A stretch of DNA of 64,000 bases from Dehalococcoidia bacterium (GCA_965261665.1 OZ253467.1:30582-94581), one strand, 5' to 3'. Counted from the first letter of the stretch, positions 24,960 through 34,809 are shown. Numbers and translations: made by a program. Notes: a model not told the origin generated them from the letters alone.

Positions 24960-26645
24960 CTAGGAAGGAATGAGGCCTTCTTGAGGCATGGTCCAGGGGA
25001 GGGAGTAGAAGGAAGCAATCTGCGGCGCTCTGGGCATTGGAATGTCTCCCATCGGCACGTCGATTATCACGGGGGCTTGTCGTTCCAGCGCCTCCGGAAT
25101 GAGGGTTTCCAGCTCCAGCGGGTTGTTGGCTCGGATGCCTACGGCTCCAAAGGACCGTGCGAACTGCACAAAGTCAGGGTTTCGCAAAGTAGTTTGATAG
25201 GTGCCGCCAAACACCCTGTTCATGTCCTGGGCCACGTTGCCGTAAGAGTCGTTGCGGAAGACCACCGTGACCACGTTTATTCCGTAGTTAACCGCCGTCG
25301 ATAGCTCGGAGGCGTTGAACATAAATCCCCTGTCGCCAACCATACAGAGGACGGGCCGGTTGGGTTGCGCAATCTTCGCTCCCAGCGCCGTGGGGAAGCC
25401 ATATCCCAAGTTAAAGGAGTAACCGGAATCAATGTAGGTCTTGGGATAGTTCACCTGGTAGTGGGTGCGGGCGTAGTAGCCCAGTTGAGTGATGTCCCAG
25501 ACGATGAAGGAATTCTCCGGCACGCTCTTCTGGATGGTTTCAATGAAGAGGTACTGTGGCTCCATGAGACTGATGTTGTCGTATCGAATGAGCCTGCGGG
25601 CTGCCGCGACGTCTGCGGCGGGAGATGGGCGTCCCGATTCGCTGACCTCCAGCAGAATGGGAAGGAAGGCTTCCAGGGTCGCCCAAGCGTCGCCGTGGAG
25701 GGGGATCGTATTTGTCTGAACGCGGGTGAGTTCGTTGTCATCTACGTTGATGTTAATGAGAGTGGAGGCGTTTCCGGCTGGGTTCCCAAGGGAGAAGCGG
25801 GCGCCTATGCCGATTACCACGTCGGCGTCCCTCATGACATTAAAGAGCTGGTTCATCTCCTGCCGCTCCCCGCGGGGGCTGAAGCAGGAGCCGTAGCAGA
25901 AGGGATGTTGGTCGGACATCGCGCCCTTGCCGCCGTTGGACTTGATGACGGGTATGTTGGTTGCTTCCGAAAAGCGTACGAGGGCGTTCTCGGCGCTTGC
26001 ACGGGAGACCCCACCGCCGGCGTAGATAACCGGGCGCTTGGATTTAGCTATAACGCTCGCTGCCATACGCAGCAGGGAGGGGCTGGGAACAATGGGCGAT
26101 ATGGGGGCAGGCTCCAGTAGTTCCACCTCCTCCCGCTCCACGGCTACCTCCGGGGGAATCTCGATAAGAACGGGACGTGGCCTGCCGGTACGCATCTTTC
26201 GGAAGGCTTCGTTGACGGCGGCGGGGACTTCCCTGGGTCGCTTGACCATTCGCTGCCACTTTGTCACCGGTCGGACAACCTCGCCCTGGTTGGAAATTTC
26301 GTGGACGGCCCCCAGGTCCTTTCCGATGGCCTCCCGGGGAATCTGGCCGGCAATGAGCAGGACGGGAGAGGAGCGGGCGTAGGCGGTGGCGAGGCCGGAG
26401 GCGGCGTTGTAAATCCCTACGCCGGGGACCACCATGGCGACGCCGGGTTGCCCCGCTGCACGGGCGTAGCCGTCGGCCATATAGGTTGTGGCCTGCTCGT
26501 GACGGGTGGTGAGCATCTCCAGGCCGGGTTGGTCACGTATCCCGGCCACCAGGCCGTAAAGCTGGATGCCCGGGATGCCGAAGACGACGTCAACTCCCTC
26601 CCGTACTAGGGATTTTGCAAGGGCTTCTCCACCGCTCATCTTCAT
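24960..26645 (-). CDS. Thiamine-diphosphate-dependent enzyme (acetolactate-synthase-like superfamily)
   Basis: N-terminal GGEALAKSLVREGVDVVFGIPG. ThDP motif region GDRGFMFNASEL...N. ~560 aa three-domain size. Confidence 0.8.
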   Translation of the reverse strand: MKMSGGEALAKSLVREGVDVVFGIPGIQLYGLVAGIRDQPGLEMLTTRHEQATTYMADGYARAAGQPGVAMVVPGVGIYNAASGLATAYARSSPVLLIAGQIPREAIGKDLGAVHEISNQGEVVRPVTKWQRMVKRPREVPAAVNEAFRKMRTGRPRPVLIEIPPEVAVEREEVELLEPAPISPIVPSPSLLRMAASVIAKSKRPVIYAGGGVSRASAENALVRFSEATNIPVIKSNGGKGAMSDQHPFCYGSCFSPRGERQEMNQLFNVMRDADVVIGIGARFSLGNPAGNASTLININVDDNELTRVQTNTIPLHGDAWATLEAFLPILLEVSESGRPSPAADVAAARRLIRYDNISLMEPQYLFIETIQKSVPENSFIVWDITQLGYYARTHYQVNYPKTYIDSGYSFNLGYGFPTALGAKIAQPNRPVLCMVGDRGFMFNASELSTAVNYGINVVTVVFRNDSYGNVAQDMNRVFGGTYQTTLRNPDFVQFARSFGAVGIRANNPLELETLIPEALERQAPVIIDVPMGDIPMPRAPQIASFYSLPWTMPQEGLIPS

Positions 26646-26769
26646 CTGGTCAACTCACCGTGCGTTTTGTTGAGGGAGTATACACCGTTGGCCGCGGGCG
26701 TTCACCAACGGATTCTGTCACAAGCCCTGCGGTCGCCCCTCTCACGCCTATCAAACCTGGTAAACAAAA

Positions 26770-26801
26770 AGAAGAGGCCCGCAACGTTGCGGGCCTCTTC
26801 T
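26770..26801 (-). terminator. Intrinsic terminator of the family-5 binding-protein gene
   Basis: Perfect 16-bp palindrome AGAAGAGGCCCGCAAC/GTTGCGGGCCTCTTCT, followed on the minus strand by TTTTTGTTT. Confidence 0.7.
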
Positions 26802-26833
26802 GACTTTACTCGCTTTATTGTCGATACGACAGC

Positions 26834-28813
26834 CTACTGATACACGGGCACCGTGTACTCGTGGTAACGGATGGGTCCCATGTGAAGCATGTTCACCTGG
26901 TACTCCTGGACCACGTTCGGATTAACGGCGGCATAGCCAAAGATCCAGGTTATCGGAGCGCTTACGTGGTTTTCAACCCACCAGTCGCCTAGGCTCTGGG
27001 CCAACTTCAACCGCTCGTCAAGGTCCGTGGATTGCGTACACGCCGCGTAGTAATCGGAGATCTCCTGATGGTCCCAAACCGTCCGTCCGCGCTCGTAGTA
27101 GGAGAAGCTCATGGCCACGCAGATCGGGTCTAGAGACGGCGACACCAGGTAGGACGTGTTGGACCTATCCCGGGCCGCCCACATGCCTAGGACATCCCCT
27201 ACAGGCACGGTCACCAGATTGGTTCTGACTCCAATGGCCTCCCAGTAAGACCTGACTACCTCGCCAATCTCGCCCTGCTCCTGTATGACGGACTGCCCGC
27301 TGGCGGCCACCAGGGTTGTCTCGAAGCCGTTCGGGTATCCGGCCTCCACCAGCAATTCCCTGGCCCTTGCCGGGTCGTAGGCGTAGGGCCAACCTCCCTC
27401 TGCTCCCGTCTTGCCGTCGATTCCTGGGATAGGCGCCCACTCGTCCTTAAAGTCATCCCGCCACGGGGGGAAGTAGTCCACCAGCGGGAAGCCCTCTCCT
27501 CGGAAGAAGATCTGGTTTATCTCGTTATAATTGATTGCGTGGTTGAGGGCCGCGCGCGCCTTCACGTTTCGCAGCGGGTCATTGGGGTCATAGCCCTTAG
27601 TTGGTCCGTGGGCAACCTGACCCCCTGCGCCCTCTCCCGTCTCAGGATTCACGTAGTTATCCGGCTTGAAGAAGGAGTACCGGACTTGAGTGTGTACCGC
27701 GGGCAGAGTGCTCTTGGTTATTACTATGCCCCTTTCTTCCGCCTGGATGTGTAGATCCCTGGGAATAGCCGCGATGTGGGCCTCTTCACCTATGATCATA
27801 GCCAGTCGAGTGGCCGACTCCGGCACAAAGAAGAACTGCACCTCCGGGAATTCGGGAGTGATTCTCCAATGATTCAGGACCCGCTCGTGGAGCACGTGCT
27901 GGTTCGTCTTGAGCTCGATTAAGCTCCAGGGCCCGGTTCCGATGGGGTCGTCCATGTAGCCTTCTTCGCCGTTCTGGTCCCACCAGTCCTTGCTGCTTAT
28001 GCCCGTTGACCACTCGTCGGAAAGAAGGAAGGGCATGTCCAAGGATACCTGGGCCAGACGAAGGACTACCTGGTGGTCGTTTACGATGTCGGCGTCCACC
28101 ATGCCCCCGAACTCGGGACGCCCACTTCTGGTCAACTCGCTTTCGACACCAGCGAAGATGCCGAAGGAGTGAACGGCGTCCTTGGCGCTGAACATGATGT
28201 CGGTAGCTTCAGCGTTCTTATAGAAGGGTACGCCTTGGCGAAGATTCCACGTGTACGTCTTGCCATCCGATTCCATTGACCAACTTTCAGCCAACTGAGG
28301 CTCTTCCGCGTTGGTCTTCGGATGGTGTCCAACCAGGTGGGAGTAGATGGGCATTATTCTTGCATCTATCTGGTTGGCGGGGTGCTGCATTGTGTACTGG
28401 TAACTAGGAGTGGGAATCGCCACTTTTAGCCTGGACTCTACGGGTACCTTCGGCGCCATTGTAGGTTCTGGAGTGGGCGCTGCCGTCGGAGCCCGCGTAG
28501 GCGCTGCCGTTGGAGCCATCGTAGGCGCCACTGTCGGAGCCATCGTAGCCGCCGCCGTAGGGGCCATCGTTGGCGCCGCTGTAGGCGCGGGGGCCGCTGT
28601 TGGGGCCATCGTCGGCGCTGCCGTCGCGGCCATGGTAGGATGCGGCGTCGCGGCCATTGTAGGTGCAGGAGCCGGGGCCGCAGCTGTGGGAGCGACCGTG
28701 GGAGCCGGCGTATCGTCATCCCCTCCGCACGCAATGATAAAGACGGTCAGCAGGGCGGCCAGGGTCAGCAGCCCCACCGGCAACCATCTAGAGGGTCGAT
28801 TTAGCAGTCTCAT
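26834..28813 (-). CDS. ABC transporter substrate-binding lipoprotein, family 5 (peptide/opine/nickel type)
   Basis: Lipobox FIIACGG. About 90-aa Ala/Pro/Thr/Met low-complexity linker (PTMAPTAAPT repeats), then an SBP_bac_5-like body. Confidence 0.8.
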   Translation of the reverse strand: MRLLNRPSRWLPVGLLTLAALLTVFIIACGGDDDTPAPTVAPTAAAPAPAPTMAATPHPTMAATAAPTMAPTAAPAPTAAPTMAPTAAATMAPTVAPTMAPTAAPTRAPTAAPTPEPTMAPKVPVESRLKVAIPTPSYQYTMQHPANQIDARIMPIYSHLVGHHPKTNAEEPQLAESWSMESDGKTYTWNLRQGVPFYKNAEATDIMFSAKDAVHSFGIFAGVESELTRSGRPEFGGMVDADIVNDHQVVLRLAQVSLDMPFLLSDEWSTGISSKDWWDQNGEEGYMDDPIGTGPWSLIELKTNQHVLHERVLNHWRITPEFPEVQFFFVPESATRLAMIIGEEAHIAAIPRDLHIQAEERGIVITKSTLPAVHTQVRYSFFKPDNYVNPETGEGAGGQVAHGPTKGYDPNDPLRNVKARAALNHAINYNEINQIFFRGEGFPLVDYFPPWRDDFKDEWAPIPGIDGKTGAEGGWPYAYDPARARELLVEAGYPNGFETTLVAASGQSVIQEQGEIGEVVRSYWEAIGVRTNLVTVPVGDVLGMWAARDRSNTSYLVSPSLDPICVAMSFSYYERGRTVWDHQEISDYYAACTQSTDLDERLKLAQSLGDWWVENHVSAPITWIFGYAAVNPNVVQEYQVNMLHMGPIRYHEYTVPVYQ

Positions 28814-28894
28814 AGATATCTCCTCATCTCTGATTATTGGGGGTAATGCAATGCACGGACATGCCTGTTCTAGGTTCGTGTTTGCTTGAGCGGT

Positions 28895-28923
28895 ATATTA
28901 TGTAGACATATGCCCCTTGTCAA
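28895..28923 (-). promoter_or_regulatory. Candidate sigma70-type promoter for the binding-protein gene
   Basis: On the minus strand: TTGACA - 17 nt - TAATAT. Confidence 0.5.
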
Positions 28924-28968
28924 TTATCGCTGTTCAAATTAAGAGTTCCATCGACTCACGAAAACCGC

Positions 28969-28992
28969 GACAACCTGCTAGACCAGGTTGTC
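28969..28992 (-). terminator. Hairpin spanning the stop codon of the aminotransferase gene
   Basis: GACAACCTG-6 nt-CAGGTTGTC, followed on the minus strand by GCGGTTTTCG. Confidence 0.4.
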
Positions 28993-30312
28993 CTCCCGCA
29001 TCGCCGCCAGGCACTCCTCGAAGGCCCCCAACGTTCTATCAACTCCCGTCTCCGTGTGCGACGCCGAAACTATGAAGCCACGACCGCCCATGATGTCCAC
29101 GCCGGCGTTGAGCATCGCCCGCTTGAACCCCTGGGCCGCTCCGGGCTTGGCCGCCGCGTGTATCTCCCTAGACGACAGCTTCCACATGTCTTCCGGCTCA
29201 ATCTCCACCCCGAAGGCCACCATTACCAGGGAGCTGACACCGTAGGCCACGCCGCTAACTTCCATCTTCCCCATAACCTCGTTTAGTCCCCTCCGTAGCC
29301 TGTCCGCCATCTCGTCGGCCCGCTCGTTGATCGGCTCCCGGGCCAGCATCTCCAGGCAGGCAGCGCCCGCCGCCGCCGACAGGGGATTGGCGTTGAAGGT
29401 TCCCGGGTGCGCCACCCTGCGATTGTTGTCCCACTCCGGGTCTCCCGTGTGTGCAATCATGTCGATAACGTCCGCCCGACCTCCAACCACGCCTCCCGGT
29501 AGACCGCCGGCGACAATCTTCGCCATCGTCGTCAGGTCCGGCTTCACGCCGTAAAGCGCCTGCGCACCGCCGCTGGAGACGCGAAACCCCGTCACCACCT
29601 CATCCAATATCATCAAAACCCCGTACCGCTCAGTCACGGCCCTCAGTTGATGCAGAAAATCTGGCAGGCGAAGGGGATACTGGCCCATGTGAGCCCCCGT
29701 CGGTTCCGCAATCACCGCCGCCACGTCGCCGTCCGCCCCCAGAGTCTCCTCTACCGCGTTGATGTCGCCGGAGGGCAGAACTATCATCGACTCCCAGGTA
29801 GAAGCGGGTATCCCGCCGGTCCCGCCGTCGGAACCCGCGCTGGCGTAATCGTGCCAACCGTGAAAGTGGTCTTGAAACTTCACAATCTTGTTGCGGCCCG
29901 TGTACGCTCGGGCCAGCCTCATGGCCATCATGGTGGCCTCCGTGCCCGAACTGTGAAACCGCAGCTTCTCCACCGAGGGCACCAGCTCACGAATGGCCTT
30001 GGCCCATCGAAGCTCCAACTCCGTGTTGCCGCCCAGGTGCGTCCCCCGGTTTACCTGCTCTGCCACGGCCAACGTGATGGCCGGATGCGAATGGCCCAGG
30101 ATCAGGGAGCCATGCCCGCAGACGTAGTCTACGTACTCGTTCCCGTCCACGTCCCACTTCATAGGCCCCCGCCCGTGGGTCATCACCAGGGGGAAAGGCA
30201 TCACGTAGCGCGTGTCGTGGGTCACGCCATCGGCAAACACGTCCGACGCCTGCCGGAATGCTTCCGCCGACTTGGGATGATTGAGGATGTATCTCTCGTC
30301 GATGACGCTCAT
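28978..30312 (-). CDS. Class-III (GSA-like) PLP-dependent aminotransferase
   Basis: GHSHP..., SGTEATMMAMRLAR, ILDEVVTGFR and TMAKIVAGG (PLP Lys) motifs. ATG 30312 has GGAGAGGA upstream; the track start is 30402. Confidence 0.8.
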   Translation of the reverse strand: MSVIDERYILNHPKSAEAFRQASDVFADGVTHDTRYVMPFPLVMTHGRGPMKWDVDGNEYVDYVCGHGSLILGHSHPAITLAVAEQVNRGTHLGGNTELELRWAKAIRELVPSVEKLRFHSSGTEATMMAMRLARAYTGRNKIVKFQDHFHGWHDYASAGSDGGTGGIPASTWESMIVLPSGDINAVEETLGADGDVAAVIAEPTGAHMGQYPLRLPDFLHQLRAVTERYGVLMILDEVVTGFRVSSGGAQALYGVKPDLTTMAKIVAGGLPGGVVGGRADVIDMIAHTGDPEWDNNRRVAHPGTFNANPLSAAAGAACLEMLAREPINERADEMADRLRRGLNEVMGKMEVSGVAYGVSSLVMVAFGVEIEPEDMWKLSSREIHAAAKPGAAQGFKRAMLNAGVDIMGGRGFIVSASHTETGVDRTLGAFEECLAAMREDNLV

Positions 30313-30413
30313 GTCAATTCCTCTCCTGGAAAGCAAAATGGCGCGGCCCCAGCCTGGGGAACGGTAGGACGTAATGATACAATATCGGCAACTTGGCCTC
30401 AAGGAGCGTGTCC

Positions 30414-31586
30414 ATGAAGAGCTACTTTACCCATCTCCAGTGCACCTGGTGCCACAAGGAGCATCCCCACGAACGGCCCATCCGCACCTGCCCCGACTGC
30501 GGCCGCGTGCTCTACGCGCGATACGACCTGGCTGCCATGGGCAAGAACACGTCCCGAGACGTCTTCCAGAGCCGAGCGAGCAATATGTGGCGCTTCTTCG
30601 AGATGATGCCCGTCATCGACATAGCCAACCTGGTGACACTGGGAGAAGGGGCCACGCCCCTAATGCGCGCCAAGAACCTGGGCGCCGCCCTTGGCCTGGA
30701 GAACCTCTATATCAAGGACGAGGGGTTGAACCCCACCGGCTCCTTCAAGGCCCGCGGCCTCTCCGCCGCCGTGTCCAAGGCGAAGGAAGTGGGCGAAATG
30801 CGGGTCACAATGCCCACCGCGGGAAACGCCGGCGGCGCCCTGGCCGCCTACGCCGCCAGCGGCGGGCTTGAGGCCACCGTGTTCATGCCAAATGACGCCC
30901 CGCTCGCCAACCAGCTGGAATGCCGCGCCCTCGGCGCACGCCTCTTCCTCATTGAAGGTCTTATCAACGACGCTGGTCGCTTATCTCAGGAAATGGCAGA
31001 GAAAGAAAACCTCTTCGACCTCTCAACCCTCCGCGAACCCTACCGCGCCGAGGGCAAGAAGACCATGGCCCTGGAGCTAGCGATGGACCTCGGCTGGTGC
31101 GCGCCCGACGTCATCGTCTATCCCACCGGCGGCGGCACCGGCATCGTCGGCATGCACAAAGCCTTCCAGGAACTCCAACAGCTCGGTTGGATTGACAGCC
31201 CCCAACCCAAGTTCGTCTGCATTCAGGCGGAGGGCTGCCAACCCCTGGTCAAAGCCTTCAACGACGGCAAAGATTCCGCCGAAGTTTGGCCCAACGCCAG
31301 CACCGACGCCGCCGGCCTGCGGGTTCCCGCCGTCTTCGCCGACTACATCATCCTGAAGGTGCTGCGGGAAACAGGCGGCACCGCCATCGCCGTCTCCGAC
31401 CGGGAGATGATCGACGCCATGACCGAGATGGGCTCGGCGGAAGGCGTGTTCGCCGCCCCTGAAGGCGCCGCCACCCTCGTCGGCCTCAAGAAGCTCCTCG
31501 ACCAGAACTTCCTAACCGGCTCTGAAACCGTAATCCTGATGAACACCGGCTCCGGCTACAAGTACATGGACCTGCTCGAGGCGTAA
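30414..31586 (+). CDS. Threonine-synthase-family PLP enzyme with an N-terminal zinc ribbon
   Basis: CTWC...CPDC ribbon and PLP-Lys motif TGSFKARG. AAGGAG lies 7 nt upstream of ATG 30414. Confidence 0.75.
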   Translation: MKSYFTHLQCTWCHKEHPHERPIRTCPDCGRVLYARYDLAAMGKNTSRDVFQSRASNMWRFFEMMPVIDIANLVTLGEGATPLMRAKNLGAALGLENLYIKDEGLNPTGSFKARGLSAAVSKAKEVGEMRVTMPTAGNAGGALAAYAASGGLEATVFMPNDAPLANQLECRALGARLFLIEGLINDAGRLSQEMAEKENLFDLSTLREPYRAEGKKTMALELAMDLGWCAPDVIVYPTGGGTGIVGMHKAFQELQQLGWIDSPQPKFVCIQAEGCQPLVKAFNDGKDSAEVWPNASTDAAGLRVPAVFADYIILKVLRETGGTAIAVSDREMIDAMTEMGSAEGVFAAPEGAATLVGLKKLLDQNFLTGSETVILMNTGSGYKYMDLLEA

Positions 31587-31713
31587 AGCCGAATCCGCTC
31601 CCCCATCCGTAGGGGCGTCCCTCGTGGGCGCCCTTCCTGTCCCTGCCGCCAGGCGAAATGCTGGCTGACAAGGTAAAATAGCGGGCATCATAGCCTCCCA
31701 AGGGAAAGAAGAA

Positions 31714-32499
31714 ATGAACAACCGCAAAGCTAGACTACAAAACAAGGTGGCGATCGTCACCGGAGCCGGCGCCCGTGGCGACGTCATGGGCAACGGCAAG
31801 GCCGTCAGCATACTCTTCGCCCGCGAAGGCGCAAAAGTGCTCCTCGTGGACAACGTCGAAGAACGCGCCGCCAAGACCCTCGAAGCAATCCAGGAGGAGG
31901 GCGGGCAGGCCAGCGTCTTCGTCGCAGACGTTACCCAGGAGGAGCAGTGCCGCGCCATGGTACAGGCCGCCCTGGACAAATATGGCGCGCTCCACGTCCT
32001 CCACAACAACGTGGGCATCAACGGGCCCGGGCGTGTGACCGAGGTCACCCAAGCCGAATGGGACAGGGTTATGTCCATCAATCTGACCAGCATGATTCTC
32101 TCCAGCAAGCACGCCATACCCGTCATGGTCGCCTCGGGCGGCGGCGCCATCGTCAACGTCTCCTCCATTTCCGCCATCCGGCCCCGGGGGATGACCCCCT
32201 ACACCGTCTCCAAGGGCGCCGTCATCCCCCTCACCCAGGCCATGGCCATCGACCACGCCCCCGACGGCATCCGCGTAAACTGCATCCTGCCCGGGCCCGC
32301 CTACACGTCCATGGTGGCGGGCGGAATGTCGGAGGAGATGCGGGACATTCGCCGCAGCGCCTCACCACTAGGAATCGAAGGCAACTCCTGGGACATAGCC
32401 TACGCCGCCCTCTACCTGGCCAGCGACGAAGCACGCTGGGTCACCGGCGTTGCCCTGCCCGTCGACGGCGGCGTCACCCTCGACAGCCCCCGCCGTTAA
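31714..32499 (+). CDS. Short-chain dehydrogenase/reductase (SDR)
   Basis: TGAGARG...G nucleotide-binding motif, NNVG, and the YTVSK catalytic YxxxK. Confidence 0.85.
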   Translation: MNNRKARLQNKVAIVTGAGARGDVMGNGKAVSILFAREGAKVLLVDNVEERAAKTLEAIQEEGGQASVFVADVTQEEQCRAMVQAALDKYGALHVLHNNVGINGPGRVTEVTQAEWDRVMSINLTSMILSSKHAIPVMVASGGGAIVNVSSISAIRPRGMTPYTVSKGAVIPLTQAMAIDHAPDGIRVNCILPGPAYTSMVAGGMSEEMRDIRRSASPLGIEGNSWDIAYAALYLASDEARWVTGVALPVDGGVTLDSPRR

Positions 32500-32530
32500 G
32501 TGATGTTTACAAAGTCACCATGCCGCCGCT

Positions 32531-32633
32531 CACATGTCATTCTGAACGTAGCACACCCCCCACATGTCATTCCGAACATAGCGCACCACCCACATGTCAT
32601 TCTGAACGTAGCGCAGCGAAGTGAAGAATCTCG
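32531..32633. repeat. Three 30-bp-phased copies of the CACATGTCATTC(T/C)GAAC half-element, the last one full length
   Basis: Copies start at 32531, 32561 and 32591. The last continues as gcgcagcgaagtgaagaatctcg. Confidence 0.9.
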
Positions 32634-32681
32634 TCCCAATAACACTCCTCAATCCCTAACAGCCCAACACCGGAGGAACCC

Positions 32682-33758
32682 ATGCTAGAACAGTTCAAGC
32701 TGAAGGAACAGGACACCGTACGGGTGGAAGAAGCACCCCTCCGCTCAACCGTATCTGCCATCTTCCAAAAGATGTCCGTGCCCGACGAAGACGCCCGCAT
32801 CGCCGCCGACGTGCTCGTGTCCGCCGACCTGCGCGGCGTCGACACCCACGGCGTCTCTAACCTGCTGCGCCAGTACGTCCAGCGCTACCGGGAGGGTGCC
32901 CTCAACCCACGTCCTCAAATCCGCGTCCTCCGGGAGTCCCTTTCCGCCGCCACCGTCGACTCCGACAATGGGCTGGGCATTATCACTACCCCCAAGGCCA
33001 TGGACATCGCCGTCGCCAAGGCCCGGAAGACCGGCGTCGGCATGGTAACCATGACGAACGGCAAGCACCTGGGCATGGCCGCCTACCACGCAATGATTCC
33101 CCTCAAGCACGACATGATCGGCGTGTGCATGACCAGCTGCCCGCCCACCGTGGTCCCCACCTTTGGCAGCATCCCCCGCCTCGGCACCAACCCCATCGCC
33201 CTTGCCGCCCCCGCCGACAAGGAACCCCCCTTCGTCTTCGACGCCGCCACCAGCGTCATCCCCGACAACAAAGTCCACATCGCACGACGCCTGGGGGTAG
33301 ACTTACTCCCCGGCTGGCTCGCCGACGACGATGGCCGGCCCGTAATGCAGCCAATCCCCGCACCCTCACCCCACCGTCTGTTGCCTCTGGGCAGCGTCCG
33401 GGAAACCGGCTCCCACAAGGGCTACAGCCTGGCCTGCATCGTGGACATCCTCTGCGGCGTCCTCTCCCTCAGCGGCTTCGGGGCCGGACGAGGACGCGGA
33501 ACTTTCGCCCATTTCGTCGCCGCCTTCGATGTGGAGGCCTTCGCCGACACCGGCGAGTTCAAGGCCATGATGGACGATTACATGCGAACCCTAAAGGAAA
33601 CTCCCCCCGCGCCGGGCCACGACCGTGTGCTTGTCGCGGGACAGCTGGAATGGGAGACCGAGCAGGAACGTCGACTCAACGGCATCCCCCTCCACCGGGA
33701 GGTCGTGGAATGGTTCGACCAAATCTGCCAGGAACTGGCAATCCCTCGCGGCTTCTGA
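32682..33758 (+). CDS. Ldh_2 family (malate/L-lactate/sulfolactate-type) dehydrogenase
   Basis: SADLRGVDTHGV, TNPIALAAP, ...GSHKGYSLA motifs. ~358 aa. Confidence 0.8.
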   Translation: MLEQFKLKEQDTVRVEEAPLRSTVSAIFQKMSVPDEDARIAADVLVSADLRGVDTHGVSNLLRQYVQRYREGALNPRPQIRVLRESLSAATVDSDNGLGIITTPKAMDIAVAKARKTGVGMVTMTNGKHLGMAAYHAMIPLKHDMIGVCMTSCPPTVVPTFGSIPRLGTNPIALAAPADKEPPFVFDAATSVIPDNKVHIARRLGVDLLPGWLADDDGRPVMQPIPAPSPHRLLPLGSVRETGSHKGYSLACIVDILCGVLSLSGFGAGRGRGTFAHFVAAFDVEAFADTGEFKAMMDDYMRTLKETPPAPGHDRVLVAGQLEWETEQERRLNGIPLHREVVEWFDQICQELAIPRGF

Positions 33759-33836
33759 ACCCCGCTAGCATAGCCGAAATGCGAATTTGAGGTCGATGGG
33801 GTGGGTAATGGGGCGTTCCAACGGGTTGGGCCGCCA

Positions 33837-33868
33837 TTGAATTGGGTTTGCAAATAATATAGGATAAT
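33837..33868 (+). promoter_or_regulatory. AT-rich candidate promoter region upstream of the vWA gene
   Basis: TTGAAT - 17 nt - TAGGAT overlapping GATAAT. Several alternative registers are possible. Confidence 0.25.
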
Positions 33869-33951
33869 AGCTTGCAGGTGCCAAAAGCCGGCAGAGGGTT
33901 CGTTCCACCCTCGCGCAGCGGCGCTTTAACTGGATTCGGAGGCAGACGACT

Positions 33952-34809
33952 ATGGCGATATCGGTGGACATCAGCAGAGCCAACCCCGGCTGCTTCCTTT
34001 TCCTCATAGACCAGTCCGGTTCCATGGGCATGACCCTCGGCGGTCAGCCCGGCTTGCGGAAGAGTGGCGGGGCCGCCGACGCTCTAAACCACATTCTGGA
34101 CGCCATATCCCAGCGGTGCTCCCAGGGCATGGATGTACGGGACTACTTCGACGTCGGCATCATCGCCTACACCACGGACCGTCGGGGAAACGCTGATCTG
34201 AGGGCCATCCTGCCGGGCGCTTCCCTGGAGGATCCCTTCCTGAAGATCAGCGAGGTTGTGGAGGCAGCCGACGTGGAGGAGCGGCAGGTCAAGGAGTCCG
34301 ACGGCGCGGGCGGCTTGGTGGAGGTCGCCCGAAAGTTCCCCGTATGGCTTCGCCCCGTGGCCAGCTACGGAACCCCCATGTGCGAGGCTTTGAACATGTC
34401 CGTCGAGGCCGTCGAAGACTGGATCGACGACCACCCGGAGTCCTACCCGCCCATGGTGATACACGTGACCGACGGCATGGCCAGCGACGGCAACCCGGAA
34501 CCCATAGCCCAGAAGCTGATGGCGTTGGAGACGGAAGGCGGCAGCGTGCTGCTCTACAACGCCCATCTTTCGGAGATGTCCACAACGCCGGTGCAGTACC
34601 CTGCGTCGGAGAGCGACCTGCCCCCCGACGAGTTCGCCGCGCTTTTGTTCCGCATGTCGTCGGTATTCCCCGAGCCGATGCGGGAGATGGCCGCCAGCAT
34701 GGGGCTGCCCGTGCAGGAAGGCTCCCGCGGCTACGTCTACAACGCGGACATGGTTGCTCTGGTGCAGTTCTTGGACATCGGCACTAGGGCGGCTTCCAAC
34801 CTGCGCTGA
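33952..34809 (+). CDS. von Willebrand factor A (vWA) domain protein, TerY/YegL-like
   Basis: MIDAS DxSxS (FLIDQSGSMG) plus the downstream T (YGTPM) and D (HVTDG). GGAGG 9 nt upstream of the ATG. Confidence 0.8.
   Translation: MAISVDISRANPGCFLFLIDQSGSMGMTLGGQPGLRKSGGAADALNHILDAISQRCSQGMDVRDYFDVGIIAYTTDRRGNADLRAILPGASLEDPFLKISEVVEAADVEERQVKESDGAGGLVEVARKFPVWLRPVASYGTPMCEALNMSVEAVEDWIDDHPESYPPMVIHVTDGMASDGNPEPIAQKLMALETEGGSVLLYNAHLSEMSTTPVQYPASESDLPPDEFAALLFRMSSVFPEPMREMAASMGLPVQEGSRGYVYNADMVALVQFLDIGTRAASNLR

Noticed and set aside
28410-28889. Plus-strand ORF with (GAxVGA)n repeats.
   Set aside because: It is the antisense reading of the Ala/Pro/Thr linker of the binding-protein gene.
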